From the human T2T-CHM13v2.0 reference genome, Homo sapiens: a stretch of DNA of 64,000 nt. Each line of letters starts with the position of its first letter. The stretch's first letter is position 1. Under the pieces are notes generated by a model that was not told where the DNA came from, searched no databases, and saw only the letters and a list, made by a program, of their open reading frames with translations. The translations under genes were made by a program, and so were the position numbers. Of the stretch, positions 17,080-35,744 are shown piece after piece. The stretch is from assembly GCF_009914755.1 (NCBI RefSeq), contig NC_060936.1. One strand, written 5' to 3'.

Positions 17080-17575
17080 ATTAACCATTTTTCAAACCTT
17101 AGTGGCTTAAACAACGATTTTATTATGTCTCACAATTCTGTACGTTAACTAGACTCAACTGGGCAGTTCTTGTGTTCCACATGACATTAGATGTTGATGT
17201 TATGTGGGAGTTAAGATTGGACTGGAATTTCTGAGCTGGTTCATTCAAGTGGATTGCAGTTGATACTGGCTTTCATCTGAGAGATTAGATGAAGTTGTTG
17301 ACTGGGGCACATACATACAGACTATGCACATGGCTTGGTGGCTGGATTCTGAAAGAAAGCATCTCAAAGGTTAGAGTTTTAGGGGACTCAAGCCAAATCA
17401 ACAAGACTTGACTTGTAATACAGTATTAGAAGCTTACTTTTGCCATATTGTATTGGTCAAAAATGAGTCACAGGGCCAACCTGGGTTCAAGGAGAGGGGG
17501 ACTACACAAAGGAGTAAATACTGGGATTCAGATTTTTTCTGGGGTGTAGAGAATCCTTGAAGACCATCTCAACTA
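17080..17575 (-). mobile_element. Old MLT1 (J/K/L-like) LTR
   Basis: aaccttagtggcttaaacaacgattttattatgtctcacaattctg...ttttgccatattgtattggtcaaaaatgagtcacagggccaacc. Confidence 0.65.
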
Positions 17576-17718
17576 GAATATATAGCTTTTCCTTGTCTTC
17601 TTTGCTCTCCTGCAGCTTCTTTCTTCTTGCCTTGAATTTATGGTATAGGAATTACTAGATTCACCAGCATGCTTGATATACATATATACACATATATATG
17701 TGTTATAGATATCATATA

Positions 17719-17719
17719 G

Positions 17720-17776
<57 letters not shown>
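17719..17776. repeat. (TG)n(TA)n microsatellite
   Basis: Directly visible. Confidence 0.95.
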
Positions 17777-18422
17777 ACCTTAATCAGAATTCTTGGATTG
17801 GAATCTTAGGTTGTCTTTTTGACTTGGGCATCAGAGTGATGTTTATATATGAATTTTTTACCTTTAGAAAAGGGCATTTCACATCTGCTCCAATTAAAAT
17901 GTGTGATGACTTTTTAACCTTGTAATTTTAAAGCCTTCAATCATATTATATCATTTTATCCATCTTTGAAGAGCTGATAATTTTGATTGGGAGGTAACCA
18001 AGAATGAAATATATGAAATAATGTAACAACTTTCCATGATTCTTTATTCTCCCTTTGGCAGCCATTGCCTCCCATGCACCTGTGGGCTCAGCATGACCCA
18101 CTCAACACAAAGTTTAAAAGAAGTCAGAGTGCAGAGTATCGAGGTGCTACAATATTGCTCACTTTGGGGATTCCTCTCTCAGTGAGCATCTAAACTTCCA
18201 GTACTATGTGCCTTGAGCTCTTGGTTTCTTCTGTATTAACTAAGAGGTCAATTGCTTTGAACCACAAAATCCCTGTTACCTGCTTTGTACTCAATATTCA
18301 GAACATTGACTTGCTCTCTAGCAGCTTTGAGATTGTTCACCCTCAACGTGGCTATCTCTAGCCCATATCACCTCCTTTCTTTCTCAAGTTTCATGGCAAC
18401 AAAGCTTATCTGGACACCTTCC

Positions 18423-18423
<1 letters not shown>

Positions 18424-18477
<54 letters not shown>
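18424..18477. repeat. (AC)27 microsatellite
   Basis: Directly visible, uninterrupted. Confidence 0.97.
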
Positions 18478-18479
<2 letters not shown>

Positions 18480-19705
18480 CATAGGTTTGTACAGTGAAAA
18501 CAAAGCTGGAAGACACAAAAATTGTTTCTCTTAGTTTTATGCTGGGAGTTAAATTGGGTGGGGTTGAAATGAGGCATAAACCCCCTTCTTTTCCTAATTT
18601 ATTTCCTGGAAACCTAGAGGAAAAATTATACTAACTCCTTCTCAAATATTCTCTTCTTCCTATTCATGACCTTTACATGTTTAAATAAAAATCCTTCACC
18701 TAATTCTGCTTTCTCTATAAATATTTCCAAAATGTATGAGTTTCTTACATAATTGCATTGAATATTTGTGCTTATCATCCTATTTTACCATAATATTTTG
18801 TAATCTATCCTTTTGTGCTCCTGGTTTCTTCTAGATTATTCCAAGGCCCTGAGGCAAATCTAATGACCGGTTGTCAAATGTTCTTACTCCTTTATTCACA
18901 GCTATTTTAGCTGCTTCTTATTTTTAATGTACTGTCCTTTCTTGCTCCCTTTTCCCTTCACCTGTTACTCCTGCTATCCCACACAATGGTCAGTAAGTGG
19001 CAGGTAAGAGATCACACCAATCCCATCTGAGGAGTGTCTTATAGAAATATGGTAAGCTGTGTGGAAGAGATCACCCTTTCTATAGGTATTACTGCATGAA
19101 CACGCAAGATAAAGACCAGAATCCTATGCAGGGGAGATAGACTCCATGCAACAGGACCAAACCCAAAGAAAACAAGTTTAGTGTTTAATCCAGAAGAGTT
19201 AGTTAGAAAAGGAGAAGGGATTTTAAAAAAAATAATAAAGCATGGCAATGCAGAGTGAAAGAAAAGTTAACAAAATGTATCCTGGAGTAATCTTATGACT
19301 GGAGTATAGACAACAGTGCCAGCTTTTTCATGTGGTCATGATGGGTTCATTTACGTTGCTGGAGTAAAATCCAACTGTTGCTCCCCAGGTTTGCTCCTCC
19401 TGTTTTTTAAAAAATTTGTTTTTGCATCTTTTTGTATATCCTACTCTGTCAATTTCTTCTTTTCTTTGTTTATGTCTCCTGACAGTTAGTCATGGTTCTA
19501 GGCTCTCTCCTCCATATTCACTGTTTTAGTTCTTTTAATTACTTTTAAAAAAAGGTTTTAATAGAGTAAAATGCAACCTAAATACAGCAAAATGCAAAAA
19601 TCTGAAGTATAGAGCTTAATTTGTGTGTGTCTGTGTGTTTGTAGACAACCCATCAAACTATGGAAGACTTTCTATTACATCAGAAGGCTCTCTTCTGAGA
19701 AAATA

Positions 19706-20010
19706 TAATCATGTGCAATGTTTTGGTCAACAACAAATTACATATACAACAGTGGTCTCAGTAGATTATAATGGACTTGAAAAATTCCTATTGCCTAGTG
19801 ACTTTTCTTCCAATTGCCTACAGTATTCAGTGCAGTAACATGCTGTACAGGTTTGTAGCCTAGGAGCAGTAAGCTACTCCATACAGCCTAGGTGTGTTGT
19901 GGGTTATACCATCTAGGTTTGTATTAGTCCACTATGATATTTGCATAATGAAAAAAATTGCCTAAGGACACATTCCTTATGTATCCCGATCACTAAGTGA
20001 CACATGACTG
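19706..20010 (+). mobile_element. Tigger3a/MER7A-like TcMar-Tigger element
   Basis: TA|taatcatgtg...ggtcaacaac...gattataatggacttgaaaaattcctattgcctagtgac...taagtgacacatgactg|TA. Confidence 0.8.
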
Positions 20011-20613
20011 TATTACCCTGAGTATTAATTTGGCCTATTTTAAAAAAAATTAATTGCTTTTAAAAGACATTATTGGTAACTAATAAATGTTTCAAAGTAT
20101 ACAGTTTGATGTTTTGACATATATACACTTGTGAAAACATCAACACAATCACAATAATGAGCATATCCATCACTCCCAAAAGTTCCCACAGGCCTCTTTA
20201 TAATTCCTCCCTCCCAAGCTTCTTTACTCTGGGGCACATACTTACAGACTATGCACCCTACCAGCCATTGTTTGCACTTTGCTGAATTTTATATAAATAG
20301 AATCATACAGTTTGTCTTTTATTTTACTTGATTTCTCCATTCATAAAATTATCTTGTGATCCATCTATTATACAGTATGTATCTCTACTTTATTCCTTTT
20401 ATTGCTGAGTAGGCTTCCACTGTATGGATATACCACAATTTTTTTTAACCCATTCACCCATTTATATTGGAGTTGATTCCAGTGTTGGGCTATTGCAAAT
20501 GAAGCTGCAGTGAACATAACATATACTTTTATTACTCATGGTAAATATCTAAGAGAAGAATGGCTTGAGTATATACTACGTTTAACTTTTTATATAATCT
20601 GCCAAACTTTTTC

Positions 20614-24518
<3,905 letters not shown>

Positions 24519-27019
24519 TAGCAGTATATGAAAATTTCTATTTCTCCACATCTTTGTCAATGCTTATTGTATTTGATTTTTTAAAATTTTTGCTATTTTA
24601 ATAGATGGGTTTTCTTCTTGTTTTACTTGGATTGTTTTTTTCTTATGACTAACAATGTTAGCATCTTTTTATGTGCTTATTTGCTATCCATATATCTTCT
24701 TTAGTGAAATATCTGTTCAAATTCTTCACTCATTTTTAGAAATTTTCTTATTATTGACTTTTGAGGGTTCTTCAGGTATTCTGAATATAAATCATCAGAT
24801 ACAGGATTTGCAAAAATTTTCTTCCAGTCGGTGGCTTCTCTTGTATTCTGTTAACAATGCCTTTTGAAGAGCAGAAGTTTGTAATTTGGTGAAGTCCAAT
24901 TTATCAATTTTTTCTTTCATTGATTGTGCTTTTGGTGTCATGTCTAAAAAAACCTTTGCCTATTCTAGGGTCACAAAGAATTTCTTCTGTGTTTTCTTTT
25001 TTGCATATGGATACCCAATTGTTCTAGCACAACTTGTTGAAAAGACGAGTTATGCTTATTTTTGAACTTCCTATAAATGGAATCATGCAATATGTCTGGC
25101 TTCTCTTGCTCAAAATTATGTCTTTGAAATTTATTGATTTTCCTGTGTGTACCAGTAGTTTATTTTTATTCACTTGCTAAATATTATTTCATTGTATGAA
25201 CATAGCACCATCTATTTATCCATTCTATTGTTGATGGACATTTCCAATCGATTGTTGACGAATCTGTAGATTACTTCCAGTTTCTTGCTCTTATGAATAA
25301 GGCTGTTATGAACATTCTTGCCTTCTGGTGATATAAGTAATAATTTCAGCTGGGCACATACTTAGGAATGGAATTTCTGAGTCATAGGGTATGAAAATGT
25401 TTAGCTTTAGTAGATATTGCCAAAAATATTTCCAGTGGATATACCAATTTCATCTTTCACTGACAAGGTATGAAAGTTCCACTTACTTTCCAATATTTGA
25501 CAATATCAGTCTTTATTGTAGTCTTTTTAGGGGGCATATAGTGATGTCTAATTTTAGTTTAATGTGTACTTCCCTAAGGAATAACAATGTTGAGCATATT
25601 GCATATGTTTGTAGGCCATTTGGATATCCTTTTTTCTGAAGTAGCTATTTAAGTCTTTCTACATTTAAAAAATGGTTTGTCTAGCTTTTTTAAAAAATTG
25701 AAGTTCTTTATATATTTTAGATATGAGTTCTTTGTTGAATATATAGAAATTTTTAATTTTAGTAACATGAACCTTTTTCATCTTTTCATATATGACTTGT
25801 GTTCTAATGCCCCATTTAAGAAATCTTAAGCATAAGTTTATAAAGATTATCTCTTATGTTTTCCTGTAGAACTTCTGTTTTCATTTGAAATTTAGATCTA
25901 TGATGAATCTGAAATTAATTTTGGTGTATGGTATGAAAAATCATTTAAAGTTCATCCTTTTAAATGTAGGTAAGTTGACACAACATTATTTATTGAAAAG
26001 ACCGTCTTTTTCCCACTGAATTGCAGTGACACCTTTGCCATATATCAGTTGATTGCATATGTGTGGGTCTGTTCCCTGGCTTTCTATTTTGTTCCAGTGT
26101 TCTAGTGTTGTACAGTGTCCTAATTACTTTAGATACATAGAAGTCTTGTGATCTCGTAGAGCAAGATTTATTCTTCTTCTTCAAGACTACTGTCATTTTC
26201 CATGTAAATCGTAGAATCAGCTTAGCAATTTCTGCAAAATCTCACTGGAATTTTGATTGTGATTACATTCAATCTGTAGATCAATTTGAAAAGAATTGTC
26301 ATATTTAAAATATTGATTCCTCTAATCCATGAACATGGTATATTCTTCATTATTTGGGTCTTGAATTTATCTCAGCATTGTTTTATAGCTTTCAATGTAA
26401 ATGGCTTGCACAACTTTTATTACATTTATTCTTACATAGTTGACTTTTTTTGCAATTTTAAACAATACTGTTTTAAGAATTTTTATTTTCCAATTTTTGC
26501 TACAAGTATATAAACATAATTAATTATGTGCCTTGACTTTTGATGTAGTAAACTTGCTACATTGACTTAGTAGTTTTAATATTTTGTATGTAGTCTTTTA
26601 GTTTATGCTACACAGAATTGTATTCCCTGTGAATGATAGCTTTACTTTTATTTTACAATCTTTATGTACTTTATTTCTTTTACATTCCTTATTTCACAGG
26701 ATAGAATATCTAGTACAATTTTTAATTGAAGTGATAATAATGTACTCCCTTGTTTTCTTATAAATATTTTTTATTTATCCAGCTAATAGCTATGCATACG
26801 TTATACTCTCTATATTATTTTCCTTCTGACTTGTCCTTTAAGTCAAGTAAGGAATTTCCTTCCAGGCAGTATCGCAAATTTCTTTTCCACATCACATAGT
26901 CATCTGGACTATGGGCATCTCCTCCTGGCTCATATTGAATATTGTTGATTATATATCTTATAGTTCTGGTTACAAGATGCTATATTCTGATTATAAGATG
27001 TTATAAGTAGCTAGGTAAT

Positions 27020-27160
27020 TTTCTGTCTCTCAACTAGACAAAATTTCTGGAGTGCAGGGATTATGCCAGTTATCCATTATTCCTGGCATCAAGCACAGTG
27101 CCTGGCTCATAAAAAGCATCTGATAAATATTTAATAAATATTTACTGAATGAAAGAATGA
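27020..27160 (+). mobile_element. L2 3' end
   Basis: agcacagtgcctggctcataaaaagcatctgataaatattt...tgaatgaaagaatga. Confidence 0.7.
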
Positions 27161-28309
27161 TGCACAAACCCTGACCTTTCACCAGTCTTCTATAGCTAGT
27201 TATTAGCTAGATGTTTTCATTTAGTTATACTTTCAGTGGGACACTTATGCTCTGAATTTAATGAAATAAACTTTTTCCTTCTATATTCCATTTCCAATGA
27301 CTCAACTGTCCGGTTAATTCTCTGGGACATTAATCTGGTAGTTAATTTTTTCCTACTTCTTTTTTTTTCTTATTTGGCTTCCCGTATCAAATCAGTTCTC
27401 ATAAGTCATTAATTCTTTCTTGCTGGGTTTTTTGGATTTCAACCACTTTTTTCCATTTCTGTAGTCATTATCCTAGTCTGATGCTGTATCACTTCATTCC
27501 TTGACTATGTTAAGTAGCTCTTGGTTATATTATTTGTTTCTAATTTCTATATTCTTTAGGCTACTCACCACACAACTAACAAAACAGACTTCTTTAAACA
27601 TTACTTGAATCAACTATTTCCCTTAAGGAGTAAGTAGATGCCTTTTATCTATCCTAATGGTATCTCAACTTGCATTTATTAAACATCACGTACATACAAC
27701 TTCATTTATCTCCAATGGAGTTATCCATTCCACCTCACAAAATGCAGTCTTCCTCACTGTATGTACTCTTTGTCATTGCTCTTCTAGAACCATGGAATGT
27801 CTTCCCTTTTTCTCTGTCATCCTGCTGCCGTATATATAACTTTCTTCAAGATCTGGCTTCATATTTACCTCTTTCAAAAAGATGTCAATAATTGTATCAT
27901 CTCAAATAAAATGTTCCCTTTATATCCTCCTAATACTTACAGTTTATAAGTGTTACTCTGAAGACCATTTATCAAGGAAGCAAAATTTGGTGGTTCAAAA
28001 ATGATATTTTAATACACAAAGCTTTGTGATAACATGTGCTTTTTACCATGATGGCAAATATTTTCCTGCTATAGAGTTAATGGATTTGGCCTATCTGGTG
28101 ATGAAATGCAAGAATTGGTACATTCAGATGTGTGAAAGGTGTTGAGCATAAGCAACAAGGTCAACTATTCTTTTTCTCTGGAATTATAAACCAACAATGA
28201 CTCATTTACTCTTTTCAAGTATTAGATGGAATGTAGTAATAAGTTATGGCATATGAACTCAGGCAAGAAATTGTGTGATATATAATTCATCAGGATGATT
28301 ATGGGATTT

Positions 28310-28455
28310 GTGAGGACTGAAAGGAATCTGAATATTATCCAGCCCACTTTCTTCGGTTCACAACTGAGAGAAATAGAGTCCCAGGAAAGTTGTGACTTAG
28401 CCAAGGTCTCACATCTTATCTTATTAATAGCATCATTGTGATTTTAACCTAGGTC
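28310..28455 (-). mobile_element. MIR
   Basis: gaaatagagtcccaggaaagttgtgacttagccaaggtctcac. Confidence 0.6.
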
Positions 28456-29097
28456 CCCTCATGTAAAGTACAAATTTTTTTTTCATATTACCTAGAGTCT
28501 CCTTTGTTGTTTTAAAACTGCCATCGAAGGGTTCAGCTGCACGGTAAGCCCCCAGAAGTCAGGAGCCATGCCTTTGCTTTCTATTACTTTTCCCAAAGTA
28601 TCTTCCTTGGGGCAGGACCCAGTTTCAGCATTTACTAGATACCCTTTTCCACAGGTTGTACTCTCCACCTGGAAGACCCTCAGTGTTTGCAGAATCAGAA
28701 TAGAAGGGAGACTGTCTCCCCAAGGCCCTTTTTGTTATCTTTCGAATATAAGTTTCAAGACTTGCAAATGATCAGGACTCCTAAAATTTGTCTTAGCTAT
28801 GAGCTAAGAAGATGGATTTCCTAAGCAGAATCAACTTCTACTTTTATTTTCTAAAATGTCCCTTTTAGGATCTGATCAGAGCTAGAAGAATCTGCAGAAG
28901 TTCATGCTCATCATGTGCCAGTGGTAGCATCCTTGCCTGCTCTGGGGCTGCTGATCGAGAATGAGCTACAGCAACCATGTGTTTCCATGGGTCTGTCTCT
29001 TCCACAGTCGTCCTTCCTTTCAGGAACCAAGTCAGATGTTGGGCTGAGGATGGTTCCCCTACCAGACAACTGACAGAAAAGCCAGAATATTAAATTC

Positions 29098-29396
<299 letters not shown>

Positions 29397-30229
29397 CAGG
29401 ATATTAAACTCTTGACCTGCAGTAGGAGCCAACAAACCTCAAACAAAGATTTCAAGCAAATATAGTAAGTCACTCTTCCTAAATGTGAAAGTTGAAAGAA
29501 TTGCCGGAAGAATTTGAGGAAAGCAAACCATTTTCCTCAAAATGTAGACAGACTGCTGCCCACCTCCTCAGGTTAGAATCCTTCTAAGTTCACTTACTAC
29601 CCAGGGGGCACATTATAAACAGGAGTTTTATTTTTTAAATACTAGATCAAATTTCCCAAAATGAAGTCAGCTGTTTACAAGAGAGGAAAGTGTTGCTTAT
29701 TTGTATGTAGGGGTCCAGGTAAACAGCCTGATCAGGAACTGACGAGCAGTTAAAAGTGTGATCCAGAGATTGATGCGGACAGGCATTTACCTTAAATGTG
29801 AAGTCTTATAATAGCCATTTAAATTGAGAAAGAAAGAATGTTTTTATGCAGCAATATTTCTAAAATGTTACCCATAAGCTCAGAAAGTTCTTTCATCCTG
29901 GGAGTTTGAACACTGTTAATTTGTTTTAAGTAACATCTATTATACCACTGAAGTCCTCTTATTACATAACAGCAGGACTTGAGTCATCTATTTACTTAGT
30001 TACTTACTTCATTCAATTATGGGTACTATAACTTTTAAACTTTATAGTCTTTCCCCATTTCTCTTTTACTTAAAGAAAATCAGCAAAACAAGAATTATCC
30101 CCATATTTTCCTTTGTGCGGAAGGTCCCATCTGAGCAACGGTATTCCAGCCGCCGCAGTTCAGTTTTCTCCTTACCAAGAGCACAGAAATGGTCTTTTTT
30201 TCCCCTTGAATGTGCATATTCCTGATGGA

Positions 30230-30620
30230 GCTTAAAAACTTCCATAAATCAATAAAGTAATTGCTACATAATGACCTATTGTTGGTGTTCGTGCCCAGAA
30301 TGATGTCACAAGGGGGTAATGGAGCTACTGAATCAAAAAATGGCAGCTGTTTCCAATTTATTTGAGAGTCAGTTGGACAGAAAATTAAATAAACACATAG
30401 ACAAGAAGGACAAGGGCAAGTCCTTGTATTATTCTTATGATAGTTTTAATTCAATTGCAGAAGTCAGCAGGCAGCTGATACTGTGGCCCAGAGTTTCATT
30501 AATTGCCTGTCTTGCATGTCAGTGAGACAGCACGTGCTCACTTCATCGTTTTCAGCTTTTGCTATTTGCATTTTAAAACACACACACCAGTGAAGCACAG
30601 ATCAAACTTTGTGTGTGTGT
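30230..30620. promoter_or_regulatory. Candidate conserved non-coding element/enhancer
   Basis: Repeat-free stretch with PBX-HOX (ccataaatca), YY1-like (aaaatggc), forkhead (aaataaaca), TGACA and E-box motifs. Motif content only. Confidence 0.3.
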
Positions 30621-31689
30621 GTCTGTGGTTTTTTTGTTTTTTTTTTTTTCTTAGTACAGCCCTCCAACTCTCAGAAATAATCTGATTGGAAGAGGTGACT
30701 GGCTTTATCCCTACCTGCATTGATGGTGTCTCTCTCCTCCCTCAGGGCAGGCAGCCTAGAATTTTAAAAAATTACTCTCTTCTCCTTGGGGGAAGGCCTG
30801 AAGACTTGTATTTGTTGTGAAGCCTGAAGAAAAAAGCGCCACCAGTTCTCAGGGCTCCTCTCCACTGTGACTGGGAGCTTTGATGTGCCCTTTTGATGTT
30901 CCTGCCTTGAGGCAGCTGGAGAAGATTATCAAAAGTAGCCTTAACAGTTCAGGGTGGAGTTGGGGGTGCAGCACCATAACACGTGGGACTGCACATCCCT
31001 CACAGTAACTCACTGAGATGGGGTTGCCGTAGTGCAGGTGGGATTGCCAGGTGCCAGGTGCCCCTACTGCAGCCTGCACGGAGGGGACCGTCATTTTCAG
31101 ACTGTCCTTTTAGCAGGACTTCAATGTCAGGTAATAATTGACTCATTTGCTATTTTCTTTTGGTATCATAACCACTATTATTTTTTTTTTAAATCATGAG
31201 ATGTAATTGTAAGTAGAAAATGACTTCAATTCACCTTCCAAAGGGATTGTAGTTTTCTCCTAAGAATCAGAAAGCTCAATTTTGAAAAGATTCTCTTGTG
31301 GCAAAAGGGTCTTTGAAATGTAAACCAACAATCCCCTTTTATTTTAGGGACAAGAAAACAGAGATCTGGTATGTCAGTTTAAGATTCTTAGCATATGCTG
31401 ATTGATTGTGGTTAGACTATGACTAACTTAAGAAGAAAGGAATTTACTACAAGGATATCCTGGGGCTCCTTGAGGCTCAGAGGCCAGCTTTGCAAGGATA
31501 CTTGGTAAGGGTCAGAAATGAGGATGCCCCAGCAGACCAAGAAGCAGGAAGCAGGAAGAACAGTGTGGTATGGGAATGGAGGGTTCAAAGAGACAATAAG
31601 CAAGTGAAGAAGAGAGGTTTTAGAGAGTGATAAATACCACAAAGGACAATGCAGCAAGGTAGGGAGTAAAGAAGCTCCGGTGTAGGGGC

Positions 31690-32010
31690 TGATCATTGAT
31701 GGAATAGGTCAAAAAGAGGCTTCTCTGATAACATATCAAGAGAGACACCCACTAGAACTGAGGGAGTGCACCAAGCAGGTAGACAGCAGGAGGAAGAAAG
31801 AGTATTCCACGCAAAGGAACTAATCAGGGCAAAGGCCCTGCCTTGGGATGCACTTTCTGTGTTTGTTTAGTAAGGAGACCAGTGTTACTGCAGAGAAATA
31901 AGAGAGAAGGGTAGTTTGAAATGAGGCCAGAAATTTGGGTGGGGTGGAAAGGGGCAGATCATATGGTGACTTGTAAGCCATTTAAGAGCTTTGGATGTTA
32001 CTTTAATTGC
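31690..32010 (-). mobile_element. L2 fragment
   Basis: gtattccacgcaaaggaac...ggcaaaggccctg...gtaaggagaccagtg...gggcagatcatatgg...tttggatgttac. Confidence 0.7.
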
Positions 32011-33134
32011 AGTAATGGTTCCCAGGAATTAGTAGAGAATATGACCAGCATGACGGGACGCTGAAGCTGGGAGGTTGGCAGGACTCAGTTATGAGTTAGG
32101 CAAAACAGCTTACCCTGACTGAAATGCTGCCTCAACAGAAAGCACAAATGATTACATATTATGAGGCCTTTGGGAATACTCATGAATACTCAGAATCATG
32201 AATGGCAAATCTCCACAGGCAAGGATCTTCTGCATCTAAAATTTTTACTTTTGGGAGATGCCAACAAAAAACTATGTTCCAAAAGAGCCATGGTTGCCTA
32301 CATGTATATTGCTGTGACTCGCATGTTTCACATGCAAATTTCACATCTTGAAACTCACCTTCATGGTAGTTATTTGGAGAGGAGCTGATGATAACCTTCA
32401 GCAGCTCCAAATATTCAGGCTATTACAAATGTATAGTTTTTGTGTGTGTGTGTTTTAAAGAAGTTTTATTGAATGACCTTCAGGAGAAAAGTTTAAGTTT
32501 ACAGATACAAAACTGGTTAAAAACATGTTGAATTTCAGTTCAAAGTTTTAACCTTATTTCTTTAAAACAATGCCTTCAAATGGTAACCTAAGGCACCTCT
32601 AAAACAATGTAATGAGTACGTCATGTATACAGGTGATCGCAGAGGGAAGCAGATTCCTTTACTTCATTTCTAAAGAGTAGGGGAAAAATCTTCTGCAATT
32701 GGGCAGATATAGTGGAAGGACGAACATCACAGTCAAGAGTTGGTGCCCTGCTTTTCCTTTCCCCCATGTTCCTCATGGATAGCTGAGTGCCTCTTGCAGG
32801 GAGATGGGAGGAAAGGCATGGGCATCATTAACAAGGAGAGAAAGCCAGGTAGATAAAAATCATGCTTTTCTTCTTGTTCAGCTAAAAAGATTTCAGGGAT
32901 CAGATTATTGTCAAGGAGGCGTCTGCTTTTGAGAGTTGAGAACAAGCTGCTGGAAGGTTTCTGACATGAAGCTGATTTACAATGGGTTAAACCTAGAGAA
33001 GCAGACAGCCTCATAGCAAAATAAATGAGAGTTTTAAAAATTGAGTCTCTTCTTCATGTTTGTCTTTACAATGTTTTAATTGTCACGTGGTAAGTTATGC
33101 TCAATTTAATAAATAATTCAATTACTCAAACTTG

Positions 33135-33290
33135 GAAGAGCAGTTAAAAAGAGGAATTTTAGAATAAAATGTATGTGAGTTCAAATTGCAGCTCACTCAC
33201 TATAAAAGTTATGACCTTAGAATGTAATTTAACCTCTTAGTTTTTGGCTCCTTGTCTGCAAAATGGAGAATGTAGTGGTGCCTACCTAAT
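33135..33290 (+). mobile_element. MIR
   Basis: atgaccttagaatgtaatttaacctcttag...tctgcaaaatggagaatgtagtggtgcctacct. Confidence 0.6.
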
Positions 33291-35744
33291 TTAAATGCCT
33301 TATAAATCTTAAACATTATTATGACTATTAAGAACAATTTGCATAGCTGTGGGCTTCAACAATCTGTGATAGTGCAATGGTGCATCTTCACAATTGCTGG
33401 CAGTTTGTATAAACAACCAAGACAGTTATTAAGACATAAGCTACTTCCTTAAATGATGAAATGGAACTTTCTTGTCACAGATGATCACTGTGAGAGTCTA
33501 TAGTATACAATATGGGGGTAGGAAAATGGCCTGAGAATTCTGAGGAAGCCTCTCAGGCCTGCATCCTTCTCACCATAGATTTTATTTTATTTTATTTTTC
33601 GACTGGTTAATCTTGGCCAGAGGCTTGGGTGTGGAATGATGATAGTGGCATTTCCATAATGGTGGAGGCATAAAAATCACTGATAAATTCTTACTGACCA
33701 TTTATTTGTCACATTGGCCTATAATCTTAGCCTTCTAGGTTACAACCTTCCCTTTCTCTTATTAATTAAAACAGATCCCCAAATACCTCTCACTTTGTGA
33801 CTTCTCACTCTATAAAAAGTAGAATTTTAAAACATTATTTGTAATGAAAAATGTAATGTGTTTTTATTTTTTATATATGTATTTTATTTATTTAACAGAA
33901 GAGAAACACATCTGTCAAAGGACCTAGCCCTTTTTCTTTCATAACAGGGCTTCCAGAGGGTTATGTTTTGATGACACTAACATGGAACACTAACATTGAA
34001 GCCTAGCTTTTAGATAATAGTTTCAGCAACTGCTGCTATTAGTGATTTCAATTACATATCCATGGAATCATGGGATGCCTTTTATTACAGTGTATTCTTT
34101 TAAAGAAAAAAAAGGAGACTAGACTAATGAAGTACTAATAAGGAGAAGATAATGGAGAAGATAGAATTGCATATAGTCACCAAGTTTTCATTCGATCTTG
34201 CTACTAAAATGCACTTCCCCTTCTAACTCATCTGTTCTCCAAATGCACAAAATACTTATACATGGAAGGTTTGTTTTACTTCTGGTTTTTCAGTATTCCA
34301 TTAATATAGCATCAAAACATAACATGAATTGCTTTGATGATGTAAAAAAAAGGTATTGTCTGCATCTAAGCAACCATGTTGTCTTTCCATCTGAACTCCT
34401 CTTTTAAAGCTGCTTAGTTTTGTGGGAGATTTGCTCGTAAGTCAGGTTTTATGAATCAAGAAAACTCTGTATGGTCTTGCTAAAGCAGCTTGAGCTGCTA
34501 ATTTCTTTTTACACTTCTGCTCTCTGAGACACATGCACACACTTGTGGATATAAGCACATACCCTATTAGCTTTTTACACTTAATAGGGCCCTTGGCATT
34601 TTTGAGTCTTCAACTAATTTGTTTTATTCTGCCTCCCTTCTGTTGTAGTCAGGAAAGTGAGTTGTCTTAAAGTTAAACGTCTTGTGATCAGCCTACATGA
34701 AGGGCACTGCACAAGTCCCATCATCTGATTGATGAGATACTCTCCTCCCTGGTCTGTTTTCCTAGCCACTGGAACTTAGAGGAATGGGACTCGAATTGCA
34801 GTACACAATTTGTTTTGATTATGACTTTATCCTCCCCAGCTCCTTCAGCTCATGGATCTTATGTTTTTCATACAAATATTTAAAACCAATGAGACAGTAA
34901 TTCGTTCATCAAGGGGGTCTTGTCAAAGTTCTCTGTTCTGTATTTTGCATAGCATTATCACATAACAAAACATTAAGATTCCATCTCAATTAATCCTGAC
35001 CCCAAGATTCTGATATCAATACTAAAGAAAGATAGGGCTACTGTGTCAATTTCCTTGGAAATCGAGATACGACTGGATTGTGCTTTTCTCAAGAATACAC
35101 TGCATCTGATTTTTCTGGTGAATTGGGGTCACATTCTGCTGATAAGAGTTAAGAGTTAATAGTATTTAGTAATCACTCACTCATCAGGTATTATTTAGAG
35201 ACTCTGCCTCAGTTCTCTATTTCATCTTTTAGTGGCCTAAAAGAGCTAATTCAGTGCTTTACTTAAGCAAAAGGCATGACTTAATCACTGGAATAAATTA
35301 ACAATAGAGTAAAAATAGGATTTACCTGCATTTCTGTGTCAGTGTTGAGCTCATTGAATTGTCCTTGGTAAAAATAAAAATTAATATAAAAGTGAATTAT
35401 ACCATGTAAATATCTTTGTGTGTATATCAAGGTTTTATTTTTAAAGTACTTATGATTCATTGTTTTTAATGGTACATAATATATTTATTACTATTGGTAT
35501 TCATTATATCATTAAGTTCTAAGCAAAAGTAAGTTTTGTCTAACTGTACATAATTGTGTTGTCATTTTTATGGGAAATGCTTTATCAGCCTAATAACAGA
35601 GTGCTTGCAAATCCATAACTAAACACTGAAAAACTTCACTTGCTCACCAAAGCTTCTGTTACTATTTGAAAGTAATATATGTGCATGCTCTGGCTATGAG
35701 AATCCGAGAATGAAGCTTATTGATTCACTTTTGAAAACACTTTT

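Noticed and set aside
33528-34590. Short hairpins ggcctgaga...tctcaggcc and ccctatta...taataggg
   Set aside because: 8-9 bp stems with loops are expected by chance in 64 kb and are not pre-miRNA-like.
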